Shown here: positions 16,096-25,716 of the stretch, one piece after another
Position numbering within the stretch: position 1 is the first letter of the stretch
Layout of the letters: every line of letters begins with the position of its first letter
DNA from: Candidatus Heimdallarchaeota archaeon B3_Heim
Lineage (GTDB): Archaea > Asgardarchaeota > Heimdallarchaeia > Hodarchaeales > Hodarchaeaceae
Direction: 5' to 3'
Assembly: GCA_003144275.1 (NCBI GenBank)
Contig: NJBF01000007.1
Coordinates: 9,994-41,993 of the forward strand
DNA: 32,000 nt
Made by a program: the position numbers and the translations under genes
Notes under the pieces: model-generated
What the model saw: the letters and a program-made list of their open reading frames with translations, nothing else
The model's database searches: none
What the model was told of the DNA's origin: nothing

Positions 16096-17163
16096 TTATG
16101 AGGAGAAATCATTATAATTAAGAAGCTTATTCATAGTTGGATGTTCTTCAAGTTTAGTAATTATTTTCTTTATTTCGTGAGCTCTCCCCTTTTTACACAC
16201 AAAAATGCAATCATTTGTATCAATTATGACCAAATCTTCAATACCCAGTCCGACGATTGGTTTTTCTCCGAATATTATACTATTTTTCACATCGACACCT
16301 AGGAAATCTGATTGAATTATATTACCTTCATTATCTCTGTCCATGATTCTGTCTAGAGAATCCCAAGTTCCAATATCATCCCATTCAAAATCTCCTTTAA
16401 CGACTACCAGATCACTTGACTTTTCCATAATTCCATAATCTATCGAAACTTTCGATAACGGTTCAAATACTTTTTTTGCTACCTGTGGATCAAAATTTTC
16501 TTTTCGAATTGTTTCTAATCCCTCATAAAGAGTTGGCATGAATTTTTTATAGCTCAGATATAGAAAAGAGGGTTTTACAATGAACATTCCTGAATTCCAC
16601 AGATATCCAAGACGTATATACTCTCGGGCTGTAGAAGATGTGGGTTTTTCTTTGAAAGAATTCACTTCAAATGTATTTTCTGTTGTAGCAGTCAATCTAT
16701 TTCCTGGTTCGATATATCCAAAGCGGGTTTCAGCTCTACGTGGTTTTATACCTATTAGTGCAATCTTATTTTGTTCAGCTAATTTGACGGCGGGGTTTAT
16801 CGCAAGTTTAAATTTTGTTAAATCTGGTATAAAATAATCTGCTCCCATAAAAATGGTTACATCATTCTGATCATCATTCAATAAGTGTGAACAAGCATAA
16901 CCAATGCCTGCGGCTGAATCTCGACCTAAAGGTTCGACGATTAGATTTACATCTGGCAATTGTTCTCGAATTAGCTGTTTAAGACTATCCCGCGTCGAAA
17001 TATGAATTTTTTTTGAATCAACAATCTTACAGGCATTATGATACGTCTGTTGGATCAATGAAACGCCTCTATCAAGGGAAATACATTGTTTAGGTTTGTT
17101 TTTACGTGATTTTGGCCATAAGCGTTCCCCTCCGCCTCCTGCTAATATCACAATATTGACCAT
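16096..17163 (-). CDS. Mannose-1-phosphate guanylyltransferase (NTP-transferase domain type)
   Basis: VILAGGGGERLWPKSRKNKPKQ N-terminal signature and overall ManC-like nucleotidyltransferase layout, without a C-terminal isomerase domain. Confidence 0.8.
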   Translation of the reverse strand: MVNIVILAGGGGERLWPKSRKNKPKQCISLDRGVSLIQQTYHNACKIVDSKKIHISTRDSLKQLIREQLPDVNLIVEPLGRDSAAGIGYACSHLLNDDQNDVTIFMGADYFIPDLTKFKLAINPAVKLAEQNKIALIGIKPRRAETRFGYIEPGNRLTATTENTFEVNSFKEKPTSSTAREYIRLGYLWNSGMFIVKPSFLYLSYKKFMPTLYEGLETIRKENFDPQVAKKVFEPLSKVSIDYGIMEKSSDLVVVKGDFEWDDIGTWDSLDRIMDRDNEGNIIQSDFLGVDVKNSIIFGEKPIVGLGIEDLVIIDTNDCIFVCKKGRAHEIKKIITKLEEHPTMNKLLNYNDFSS

Positions 17164-17250
17164 CCTAGTTTCCTCTAAATTTACCCTGCGTGTTATTTCA
17201 ATTGAAAATTTCTATGGACCAAGAATAAAAAGCTTACTCGAATATTCGAA

Positions 17251-17655
17251 TTAATTTTTATGCAAATATTTCCCGATTATTCGAAGTAATTCCGCAGAAC
17301 TGAATGGCTTTGTCACATACTCTTCCGCCCCTGCTTGAAACCCCTCTTCGATATGATGATCAAGAACCTTTGCTGAGAAGATGATAATAGGAATAGATTT
17401 ATGTATAGGATCGGTTTTTAATCGTTTACAAACCTCTATACCATTTAATTCTCCAGGCATTCTGATATCAAGAAGAATTAAATCGGGTTTCTGCTTAACT
17501 TCCTCTAAGGCTTCCGAACCATTTAGGGCCTTGAGTACATCGTAACCTTCATGTCTTAAGATTGTCTGCATTAATTCAAGAGTATCAGGTTCGTCATCAA
17601 CTACTAAAATACTTTTTTTCTCCGAAACCATTCGAAAAACCCGTGGATAATGCAA
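17251..17655 (-). CDS. Stand-alone response-regulator receiver (CheY-like) domain protein
   Basis: ILVVDDEPD, DLILLDIRMPG (phospho-acceptor Asp), IIIFSAK and KPF motifs. The true start may be the internal Met (MVSEKK). Confidence 0.85.
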   Translation of the reverse strand: MHYPRVFRMVSEKKSILVVDDEPDTLELMQTILRHEGYDVLKALNGSEALEEVKQKPDLILLDIRMPGELNGIEVCKRLKTDPIHKSIPIIIFSAKVLDHHIEEGFQAGAEEYVTKPFSSAELLRIIGKYLHKN

Positions 17656-17783
17656 TATAAGCAGAATTTGTAACTTTTTACAGGCTAACTTAGTTAGTTT
17701 AATAATTTTATTTCAGAGTCTATCGGCTTGTAAGATTCTTACTCTTATTTCTGATGAATTATATTGAATAGACCATCCTTTAT

Positions 17784-18392
17784 TTAATTAAAGATCTGTT
17801 CAAGAAATTTTTTATAATTTTCAGGTTCATTCACAGATGACAGATGATTTTGGAGATACTTAACATCGGTGGGAGTGTCTAAATCTCTTGCGCATGGATC
17901 TAAATCTAATATTTCAAATTCTATATGATTCATTTGTGCAGATTGGACATATCTATTTTTACTCTTCAACCCAAAACTGAATGGAAGTAATTCAGGATGT
18001 CTCATATAAAGCATAGCAGTCCCCTTTTTCTCTCCTATCCCCGAAATTGAGGGAACTATCAATAATTCTACATTCTGAGCGCGTTTCAATAATACGTGAA
18101 GACATTTGACAGAAAAAAACGGAAGATCTGGCATTATAATAAGTACTGCTTGTGTCGGGGGTAGTTTTTTACTTGCTTGAGAAAGGGCCTTGTTTAAATC
18201 TGTGCCTTCATCAATATAAGTGAAGTCAGCCCCTAGTTCCAAGCTAAGATCTATTATTTCCTGTGATGGGGAAATTACGCCGAAAGATATACCCCTCCTT
18301 TGAACGACTCTCATTGTCTGCTTGAATATAGCTTTTACTAAGCTTTCAATCGCGTGATTTCGTGTTGAGGCCAGCGTGGATTTAATACGCAT
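17784..18392 (-). CDS. cofC: 2-phospho-L-lactate (or PEP) guanylyltransferase CofC; annotated start probably too short
   Basis: MobA-like fold motifs: LIIMPDLP, GTAMLYM, FSFGLKS and LDLDPCARDLDTPTDV. The family-typical N-terminal LIPIK strand is encoded in frame upstream of the ATG (18393..18449). Confidence 0.7.
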   Translation of the reverse strand: MRIKSTLASTRNHAIESLVKAIFKQTMRVVQRRGISFGVISPSQEIIDLSLELGADFTYIDEGTDLNKALSQASKKLPPTQAVLIIMPDLPFFSVKCLHVLLKRAQNVELLIVPSISGIGEKKGTAMLYMRHPELLPFSFGLKSKNRYVQSAQMNHIEFEILDLDPCARDLDTPTDVKYLQNHLSSVNEPENYKKFLEQIFN

Positions 18393-18496
18393 TTTTGTTC
18401 TTGTAATTTCCTTAATGGGAATTAAAACTAAAACATCTGAAGCCGTTTGCTACTCAACACCTATTATCTGTTGATTTGGGAGAATCGAATAGATTC

Positions 18497-19252
18497 CTAA
18501 AAATCTTTTACCAAGGAGCAAAAAAAACTATTGTTCTTTGTTGCAGCTCGAGCTACTGAAAAATAATCGGCACCTGTTTTTAAAATAGCCTCAGCACTCT
18601 CTAGGTCAACTACTGAATTATTACCAATCACTTCAGTTTGGCTGAATCGCACAAAGCTGGTTAGAAGATTTAAATCTGTACCGGCCATTCCAGTTTGATA
18701 AGAATCTACGTGCAAGTAATCTACTCCCCAATTATTAACCAATTGAGCGAATGAACGGGGATCTACAGTATTCCCACGAATTTTTAAAGAAATAGTAAAA
18801 TCCTTGGATTTAAAAATTGATAGAACGTGAGATAATATTTCAGGCCGATAAATCAAACTTTGGCCTCCTCCGTTTTCTACAAATTCTTGTTGTCTACAAT
18901 GAGCATTTACTTCGATAATTGGACTGGAGGAAATTCTTTCTGAGAGCTCTCTAGCAAAAGATTTAGTGTCTTCTGGATCATTTATCCTTACATTTACAAT
19001 TGTATTAGATATTGATGTAAGATTTTCTAATTCATGAGCAATGTAATCTGCCTCTTCTCCCAATTGCATCATAAATTCAGTACGTCCCCGTTGAGTTGAT
19101 TTAACTGCAGCATTTATCATTTCTTTACCGATTGAATATCCCCCAATTGTCACCTTTCCTAAACAGCCTGTGTCATAAAACCTAGCGGCAAACTCTCCAT
19201 TTGTAATCCCAGCCATTCCTGCTAATATCACTTGTGAAGGGGAAATTTTCAT
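18497..19252 (-). CDS. TIM-barrel flavoenzyme-like protein related to NifR3/Dus and dihydroorotate dehydrogenase
   Basis: ILAGMAGITNGEFA resembles the Dus LAPMAGITD motif, and EVNAHCRQ resembles the N-x-(G/S)-C-P active-site Cys loop. The start lies 1 nt after the cofD stop. Confidence 0.55.
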   Translation of the reverse strand: MKISPSQVILAGMAGITNGEFAARFYDTGCLGKVTIGGYSIGKEMINAAVKSTQRGRTEFMMQLGEEADYIAHELENLTSISNTIVNVRINDPEDTKSFARELSERISSSPIIEVNAHCRQQEFVENGGGQSLIYRPEILSHVLSIFKSKDFTISLKIRGNTVDPRSFAQLVNNWGVDYLHVDSYQTGMAGTDLNLLTSFVRFSQTEVIGNNSVVDLESAEAILKTGADYFSVARAATKNNSFFCSLVKDF

Positions 19253-19253
19253 T

Positions 19254-20186
19254 CTAAAACTCTTCCAATAAGATGTTTAGAATTTGCTGTGCATCAGTTT
19301 GAGTTTTAATGATAATATTGCCAAATAAGGCTTTAACTCCTAATTTTTGGGTCGCACTTTCAAGATTACGGTCAGATTCATGTAAGAGAATGCCATCTAA
19401 AAAGTCGTGAAAAAGTTTAACGACTACAATCGGAGAAGTTTCATAATTCCATGCATGAAGAAATTTGGCAGTAGGGCCAGAAAGGGCCGCATTTCCAATA
19501 ATTGGGCTAATCGCAAATTTTTGGGCTTTTGAGGTTCGGAGGGCATCACGAATAGGGGAGATTGCAACAATTGGTCCTAGGGAAGAAACGGGATTGCTAG
19601 GGCCTAAAATTATGCAATCAGCTGATTCAATTGCAGTAATGACTTCAGAAGTAGTAATGCTCAAATCACCCTCAAAAAAGACATTGAGTACATCTAAATC
19701 TCCCTTGTGTCTTACCCAGTATTCTTGAAGATGTAAAATCTCATTTTCAGTACGAATAATTGTTCTAATTGGCTGGTTAGCCATTGGAAGAATTCTTGAT
19801 TTGATATTCAAACGGTTTGCAAGTTGTTTTGTTGCCTCAGTCAAAGACAAACCTTGGTTTAATAACCACGTCCGAAATAGACATAGACCTGCATCCTGAT
19901 CTCCAAGATTGAACCAAACATCCTCTTTTAAGTTATTTTGTAACATTTTTACCATATTAAATGTATCATTATGAATACCCCACCACTTTGTTGAATCTAT
20001 CAGGTTTGCCAAGGTAAATAATATACTGTCAATATCAGGAGAGACATAAAGACCATAATATCGCCAATCATCCCCTGTATTTCCAATAACTGTAATATCT
20101 CGAGGATCAATAAGAGAATTGATACCTTGTAGTAATTTTGGGGTACCAGTCCCACCTGATAAAAAAACAATCTTTAATGAGCCCAT
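19254..20186 (-). CDS. cofD: 2-phospho-L-lactate transferase CofD (F420-0 synthase)
   Basis: KIVFLSGGTGTPKLLQG, WWGI.NDTF, LGDQD, ILGPSNPVSSLGPI and SPIIGNAALSGPTAKF match CofD along its whole length. Confidence 0.9.
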   Translation of the reverse strand: MGSLKIVFLSGGTGTPKLLQGINSLIDPRDITVIGNTGDDWRYYGLYVSPDIDSILFTLANLIDSTKWWGIHNDTFNMVKMLQNNLKEDVWFNLGDQDAGLCLFRTWLLNQGLSLTEATKQLANRLNIKSRILPMANQPIRTIIRTENEILHLQEYWVRHKGDLDVLNVFFEGDLSITTSEVITAIESADCIILGPSNPVSSLGPIVAISPIRDALRTSKAQKFAISPIIGNAALSGPTAKFLHAWNYETSPIVVVKLFHDFLDGILLHESDRNLESATQKLGVKALFGNIIIKTQTDAQQILNILLEEF

Positions 20187-20274
20187 ATTGTCCCACTTTT
20201 ATCACAAAGTCTTTACCTCATAAATTCCTAATGACATTTAACTTGATTGTATGAAGTACATTATCTGACCTGTA

Positions 20275-21390
20275 ATGAATCAAACTATTCCAGAATGGGA
20301 CTTAATAATCCTTAGAGAGAATGATAGCTTAAATACACAAGTAGTTTGGCATGCTGCTGCATTAGCTAGAAGTCGGGGGATACAAACTCGTGATCTTATC
20401 ATTATCGATTGGCCCACTGATCCAATCGTGGTATGTGGGTTTCATCAAGTTATTGAGCGTGTGGTTGATATTGATTATTGTAAGAAACATGGAATTCCTA
20501 TTAGTCGCCGTGCTTGTGGAGGAGGGGCTGTTCTTTTAGATTCAAATCAGCTTTTTTATAATATCATTTCCCATATTGATTCCACGATTATTCCCAGGAA
20601 TATAACTAAGTTCTTCGAAAGAACACTTGAACCAGTGGCTCAAACCTACCGCCATTTCGGTATAGATGCGGAGTACAAACCTGTTAACGATATAATTGTC
20701 AATAATCGTAAAATTTCTGGTAATGGTGCCGGCTTACTTGAAAATGCTCAAATCTTAGTTGGTAATTTTATCTTAGACTTTCCTCGGAAAGAAATGGCCC
20801 AAATTTTAAAAGTTCCCAATGAGAAATTCCGCGATAAAGTAATTAAATCTTTGGAAGCAGGTATTAGCTCATTTCAAGACGAATTAGGATATATTCCCCC
20901 TCGTGATTCGATCATTAAGGAATATATCAAACAGGTTGAAACAGCTTTTAATATTCGTCTTGTTGAAACTCAGTTTGAACCAGGCACTCTTGAGCTTATA
21001 GAGGATCTTAGAAAAACTTACTTAACCGATGATTGGCTTTACCAAGTGAAGGCCCGAGGAAAACAACTTACTAGTAAAGTAAAGATACACGGATCTGCAC
21101 ATGTGGTTGAGGGGATGTATAAATCTATGGGCGGGTTAATAACGGTGATTTGTGAGTTTAATGATACTATACTCACAGACATTCTCATTAGTGGTGATTT
21201 TTGGATTCTTCCAGACACGGTTCTGCCCAAGCTTGAAAAATCGTTATTAAATCATGATCTAAAAAAAGGAGATCTTATTGATCAGATTGGTTCTTTCTTG
21301 GATGACAATGAATGTGAAACTCCCGGTACATCTGCCTCCGATCTGGCTCAGGCTATTCAGAACGCATTTGACAGTATTTCTAAATTATAA
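20275..21390 (+). CDS. Lipoate-protein ligase A (LplA/BPL_LplA_LipB) family protein
   Basis: RRACGGGAVLLDSNQLFYN and NNRKISGNGAG (the lysine motif of LplA-type ligases), with a C-terminal accessory domain present in the same polypeptide. Confidence 0.7.
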   Translation: MNQTIPEWDLIILRENDSLNTQVVWHAAALARSRGIQTRDLIIIDWPTDPIVVCGFHQVIERVVDIDYCKKHGIPISRRACGGGAVLLDSNQLFYNIISHIDSTIIPRNITKFFERTLEPVAQTYRHFGIDAEYKPVNDIIVNNRKISGNGAGLLENAQILVGNFILDFPRKEMAQILKVPNEKFRDKVIKSLEAGISSFQDELGYIPPRDSIIKEYIKQVETAFNIRLVETQFEPGTLELIEDLRKTYLTDDWLYQVKARGKQLTSKVKIHGSAHVVEGMYKSMGGLITVICEFNDTILTDILISGDFWILPDTVLPKLEKSLLNHDLKKGDLIDQIGSFLDDNECETPGTSASDLAQAIQNAFDSISKL

Positions 21391-21469
21391 AAGTCAATGA
21401 CTTTTACAGATAATTTCATCCGTTTCCTTAAATATCTAAGTTCCATTTCACTCAATAACAAGATTTATC

Positions 21470-24382
21470 ATGTCTATATTGATCATTGAGTGCGTAAGAA
21501 CCATGAAATTTTCCAAGATAAATCCAAATCGTATCGGACACTATTCAGGGAGTGAAAGGTTAGAAGATCCAACCTTAGAGGAGCCTGATGAAGATACAGA
21601 GGAAGTTGCTCATCGTTGGCATGACGATCCTGAAACTAAAAATAAAATGATTAAGGAAATGAACAATAAACTCAAAAAATGGGATCAAGACATATTTGGA
21701 AAGTATCCTCATTCCAAAATGTCGTTTCATTTAGTGGGACAGTCACACATTGATATTGCATGGTTGTGGAGAATTGAACAAACAAGGAAAAAATCAATTG
21801 TAACCTTCAAAAAAGCGGTTTTTCATACTAATCGTTTTCCAAAATCATATTGCTTTGCTCTTAGTGAACCAATTCTACTTGAGTGGATTTTAGAAGATGA
21901 TCCTGTATTGTTCAAAGATATTCAAAGAAGTGTTGAGAAAGGAGGAATAGAATTAGTTGGTGGATCTTACGTCGAACCTGATTGTATGATGCCCTGTGGA
22001 GAGGCAATGACTAGAAGTCGACTATATGGACAAAGGTTTTTCTTTAAGCATTTCAACCGTCTTCCAAAAGTTGAATGGTTTTTAGATTCATTTGGGTATT
22101 CAGCTGGCCTACCTCAAATTCTTAAGAAGAGTGGAGCTGAATATATATGGACAACAAAGTTATCGTGGAACTTACAAACCGATTTTCCATTTTGCAACTT
22201 TTATTGGGAAGGTGTCGATCACTCACAAATTCAAACTGGAATTTTTCCTATGAGTTATGGTTCTTTTGACAAATGGGATAAATTTGAGGTTGGTCATCAT
22301 CCTCTTAAACCTAATGTAACATATCGGGGAAATTATGAAAGAGATTATACTGATCTTACCCAATGGGTAGAAAAGGATGAGATCATTCCCCATATCGGAT
22401 TATTCTTTGGTTTGAGTGACGGAGGCCATGGGCCTACTTATGAAGAAGTCGCTCGGGCCAACACATTGGTGGAATTAAGTAACACATTTCATTGGAGTCG
22501 AGTAGAAACATTCTTTCAGAAAATAGAACAATGGAAGGATCGTTTTCCTATTTGGGCCGATGAATTGTATTTGGAGAATCATAGAGGATGTTTTTCAGTC
22601 CATGCTGAGGTTAAAAAGAAGAATCGGGAATTTGAAAATAAACTCATTTCAACAGAAATCCTAAGTACGATAAACTCTATCATCAAAAGTAACTCAAATC
22701 AAACACACACAGAAGAACTCGAAATAATTTGGAAAACTCTCCTTAAAAATCAATTTCATGATATACTTCCTGGAACATCGATTCCTGAGGTATATGATGA
22801 TGTTCACGAGGATTGGCTGTCCTCTGATCAGAAAATACAGTTAATTAAGGATGATATTAGTAGGAAGTTGAAAGGCCCCACCGAAAAATGTCAATTTGTG
22901 ATGTTTAATTCCCTCTCTTGGGAGCGAAATGCTAGGGTTTTTCTCCCGATAGATATAGTTAAAGGAAAAATCCCTCTTGATAACGATGGGTGTCCTCCTA
23001 AGGCAACTCTTACATATTTTAATCCAACCAAAATGACTGAGCTTGTGCAGCCAGTCTCGGCAGAACCAGAGGAATGGCTTGATGCCCGATCTGCAGGTTG
23101 GTGGACAATCATACGACTCTCAGCAACAAGTCTTACCCCAGGATATCTTTCTCTGAATGTAGAGATGGATAATGGTAAAGCAATAAAATCCGAACAGTAT
23201 TGCTTAGATAACGAATTAGTTAGTATCATACTTGACTCCAATACTGGTGGTATCCTCTCTCTAACTAATGTTTCAGTTGCAGACAATGCAAATTTACTAA
23301 TGGGTTCAAATAGTAATTTGACGGAGGCTTATGAGGATATATCCGATATTTGGCCAGCTTGGAATCTCACCTCTGAATACTGGAACCACCCAATTGAACT
23401 ATCTAATTCACAAGATGTACAAATCTTTCTACGTGATGCAGGCCCCATTTTTGCTACTATTGAAGTACAAAGAACCTTAGGAAATCCAAAAAATTCAGTC
23501 ACACAGCGTTATACTCTTTTTAAGGGACGAAAGGAAATTTTTCTTGATTACATTGCCGAGTGGCAGCAACCCCAAGTTATGTTGAAAGTGGGATTACAAT
23601 CAGCAACTAATGCAAATCGTTGCACAACTGATGTGATGTTTGGGGCTATAGAACATAGTACAGTTCCAGAAACACCCGCTGATAAAGCACGATTTGAGAA
23701 AATTTGTCATAAATTTTATGATTTAAGTACGCTCTCGAATGAATGGGGGATTGCTACTCTTAGCCAAGATAAATATGCTTTTAGTGTCACAAATGGTGAT
23801 AGCTCCCTCACAATGCTACGTTCTCCACCTTATTTTCCAGCTTCACCAGAAGCCTGGGTTCATGAAGAACGAGCTAAAAGAAAGGAAAAATACGGCACAG
23901 AGGTACCTGAGTATTCGGGTCTTGGTCCACTTCGTAGTCAGTATGCTTATCTTTCACATAAGGGAGGTTCACTTCTTACTCAAGATGAAAAACCCAATCC
24001 TGTTGTTCGACGAGCTGCAGAAGAATTTAATCAACCTGTACAGCTTCTCAAAATAACTTCTGAAAGAGACGAAGAAAAAACACAAGTTGTAGGAAAATCC
24101 CTAATTGAAATTGATTCGGCTATAGCGATGCTCTCAGCTCTGAAAATGAATGAATGGAAAACGAATGGTAATCTAGTAATTAGAATAGTAGAAATATTAG
24201 GAGTCGGTGGCAAAATACAGGTAAAATTTAATTCAATTATTCAAAGTAAGATTAAATTAGTTCGAGAAGTAGACTTACTTGAACGACCCGTATCAGAAAC
24301 AACAATAGAAAAGGAAGATTCAGGATTTACAATTACTTTAACCCCATTTGAGGCAAAATCTATAGAATTAATTATCTATTAG
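21470..24382 (+). CDS. GH38 alpha-mannosidase
   Basis: HLVGQSHIDIAWLW, DSFGYSAGLPQILKKSG and the NQFHDILPGTS motif. Size is about 970 aa with no signal peptide. The true start may be the internal MKFSK. Confidence 0.85.
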   Translation: MSILIIECVRTMKFSKINPNRIGHYSGSERLEDPTLEEPDEDTEEVAHRWHDDPETKNKMIKEMNNKLKKWDQDIFGKYPHSKMSFHLVGQSHIDIAWLWRIEQTRKKSIVTFKKAVFHTNRFPKSYCFALSEPILLEWILEDDPVLFKDIQRSVEKGGIELVGGSYVEPDCMMPCGEAMTRSRLYGQRFFFKHFNRLPKVEWFLDSFGYSAGLPQILKKSGAEYIWTTKLSWNLQTDFPFCNFYWEGVDHSQIQTGIFPMSYGSFDKWDKFEVGHHPLKPNVTYRGNYERDYTDLTQWVEKDEIIPHIGLFFGLSDGGHGPTYEEVARANTLVELSNTFHWSRVETFFQKIEQWKDRFPIWADELYLENHRGCFSVHAEVKKKNREFENKLISTEILSTINSIIKSNSNQTHTEELEIIWKTLLKNQFHDILPGTSIPEVYDDVHEDWLSSDQKIQLIKDDISRKLKGPTEKCQFVMFNSLSWERNARVFLPIDIVKGKIPLDNDGCPPKATLTYFNPTKMTELVQPVSAEPEEWLDARSAGWWTIIRLSATSLTPGYLSLNVEMDNGKAIKSEQYCLDNELVSIILDSNTGGILSLTNVSVADNANLLMGSNSNLTEAYEDISDIWPAWNLTSEYWNHPIELSNSQDVQIFLRDAGPIFATIEVQRTLGNPKNSVTQRYTLFKGRKEIFLDYIAEWQQPQVMLKVGLQSATNANRCTTDVMFGAIEHSTVPETPADKARFEKICHKFYDLSTLSNEWGIATLSQDKYAFSVTNGDSSLTMLRSPPYFPASPEAWVHEERAKRKEKYGTEVPEYSGLGPLRSQYAYLSHKGGSLLTQDEKPNPVVRRAAEEFNQPVQLLKITSERDEEKTQVVGKSLIEIDSAIAMLSALKMNEWKTNGNLVIRIVEILGVGGKIQVKFNSIIQSKIKLVREVDLLERPVSETTIEKEDSGFTITLTPFEAKSIELIIY

Positions 24383-24448
24383 GACAAGAAGTGCAAAAGT
24401 TCACTCATTCAATTATTTCCAAACCAAGAATGCCTGATGACATAATTA

Positions 24449-24673
24449 TCAGTGCACGAAGGAAATTATTGTTAATTTTGCCCTTTTTTCTTCTTTAATT
24501 ATCTTTTTCTCCTTTAAAACGTTCAGAGCTTGAAAAAAATATAAGTTGGCTAATTTTGATTCTTTCTTGAGAGCCAACAATGTCATAGATCTATTGTTTC
24601 TTTGTAATACAGCAATAATAATATTCTTATTTTCAGAAAGCTGTTGATTCATCGCCAAAAAAATACCCCACAA
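24449..24673 (-). CDS. Small winged-helix-like DNA-binding protein (putative regulator)
   Basis: 74 aa. The pattern IIIAVLQRNNRSMTLLALKKESKLANLYFFQALNVLKEKKIIKEE resembles a minimal wHTH. It lies 18 nt downstream of GH130 on the same strand. Weak call. Confidence 0.35.
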   Translation of the reverse strand: MWGIFLAMNQQLSENKNIIIAVLQRNNRSMTLLALKKESKLANLYFFQALNVLKEKKIIKEEKRAKLTIISFVH

Positions 24674-24691
24674 ATATGTTTGGAAAAAACC

Positions 24692-25597
24692 CTAAAGAGC
24701 CTGCATTAGCTTAGATTTATCAATAGTGGCAACTCCAATGACTTTATCTGCGCCCCCATAATATACAAAATACTTGTTTTCCTTTTCCACCACTCCACAG
24801 GTGAAACAAACATTTGGTACATCGCCATGGATTTCGTAATCTTCTTCTGGACTTAAAATTGGCTCTTCTATTATAGATATAATCTTACTGGGCTCATTTA
24901 AATCTAATAACATTGCACCCAAACTATAATGTAGGTTTTTGTCAACACCATGGTAGAATTCTAGCCACCCTTCTTCTGTCTTGATTGGTGGCGCACCAGC
25001 TCCGACCTTGAAATCCTGCCAAGTATTCTCTATAGGTGCGAAAAATTTTGTATGATCTGTCCAATTTTTTAAATCTTTCGAATAAGCTATCCACATATCC
25101 GGTTCAGGAGCACGATGCATCAAGACATATCTCCCATTGATTTTTTCAGGAAAGAGAACTCCATCCTTATCACGATATTCATTAATTATTGTTCCATGCC
25201 TTTCATAGTTCTTAAAATCAAGGGTTGAGGCAATACCAATATGAAATTCTACATCACCCACAGGTATCAATGTTTTGACCGCAGTATAGGTAATATAGTA
25301 TTTTTCATCTAAAAACGTAATACGAGGATCTTCAATCCCGAATTTTTCATACTCTGCTTCAGGGATCATATTTGGTTCTGCAAACTGCTCGAAATTATAA
25401 CCGTCTTTACTCAGAGCCAGACCGAATGTCGAAATATATGTTTCATAATTCCCAATTGCACGATAAAGCAATGCTACTTGGTCATTGTACATAGTTGCAG
25501 CACAATTGAAAACTCCCCCTTTTTCCCAATCATGATTTTTATTGGGTACAATGATAGGATTTTTAGTATATCTTGTTAAAGAAACCATTATTGTCAA
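24692..25597 (-). CDS. GH130 beta-mannoside phosphorylase/hydrolase family protein
   Basis: EDPRITFLDEKYYITYTA, the FPEK..GRY..MHR block, and YYGGADKVIGVA at the C-terminus are typical of GH130 (DUF377) five-bladed propellers. Confidence 0.8.
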   Translation of the reverse strand: MTIMVSLTRYTKNPIIVPNKNHDWEKGGVFNCAATMYNDQVALLYRAIGNYETYISTFGLALSKDGYNFEQFAEPNMIPEAEYEKFGIEDPRITFLDEKYYITYTAVKTLIPVGDVEFHIGIASTLDFKNYERHGTIINEYRDKDGVLFPEKINGRYVLMHRAPEPDMWIAYSKDLKNWTDHTKFFAPIENTWQDFKVGAGAPPIKTEEGWLEFYHGVDKNLHYSLGAMLLDLNEPSKIISIIEEPILSPEEDYEIHGDVPNVCFTCGVVEKENKYFVYYGGADKVIGVATIDKSKLMQAL

Positions 25598-25716
25598 CCT
25601 TTTTCGTAAGAATTAATGATCAGAAAATTGACCAAAGCATGAACAGAATGAATTTGTTGAGCCTTAATCAAAATTATTTAAAATTCTTCATTTTTCTTGG
25701 GTGTTTACCCCGATTA

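Noticed and set aside
17740-17765. CTGATGA (C-box-like) motif in the intergenic region, considered as a C/D-box sRNA
   Set aside because: No appropriately spaced D box (CTGA), terminal stem or C'/D' pair could be found on either strand.
22891-23286. 131-aa minus-strand ORF. Similar antisense ORFs occur at 30182..30553, 24031..24213, 21039..21230, 19465..19728, 16580..16837, 12695..13231, 8042..8245 and 689..877.
   Set aside because: All lie antisense within strongly supported genes and show no domain signatures. Treated as non-coding.
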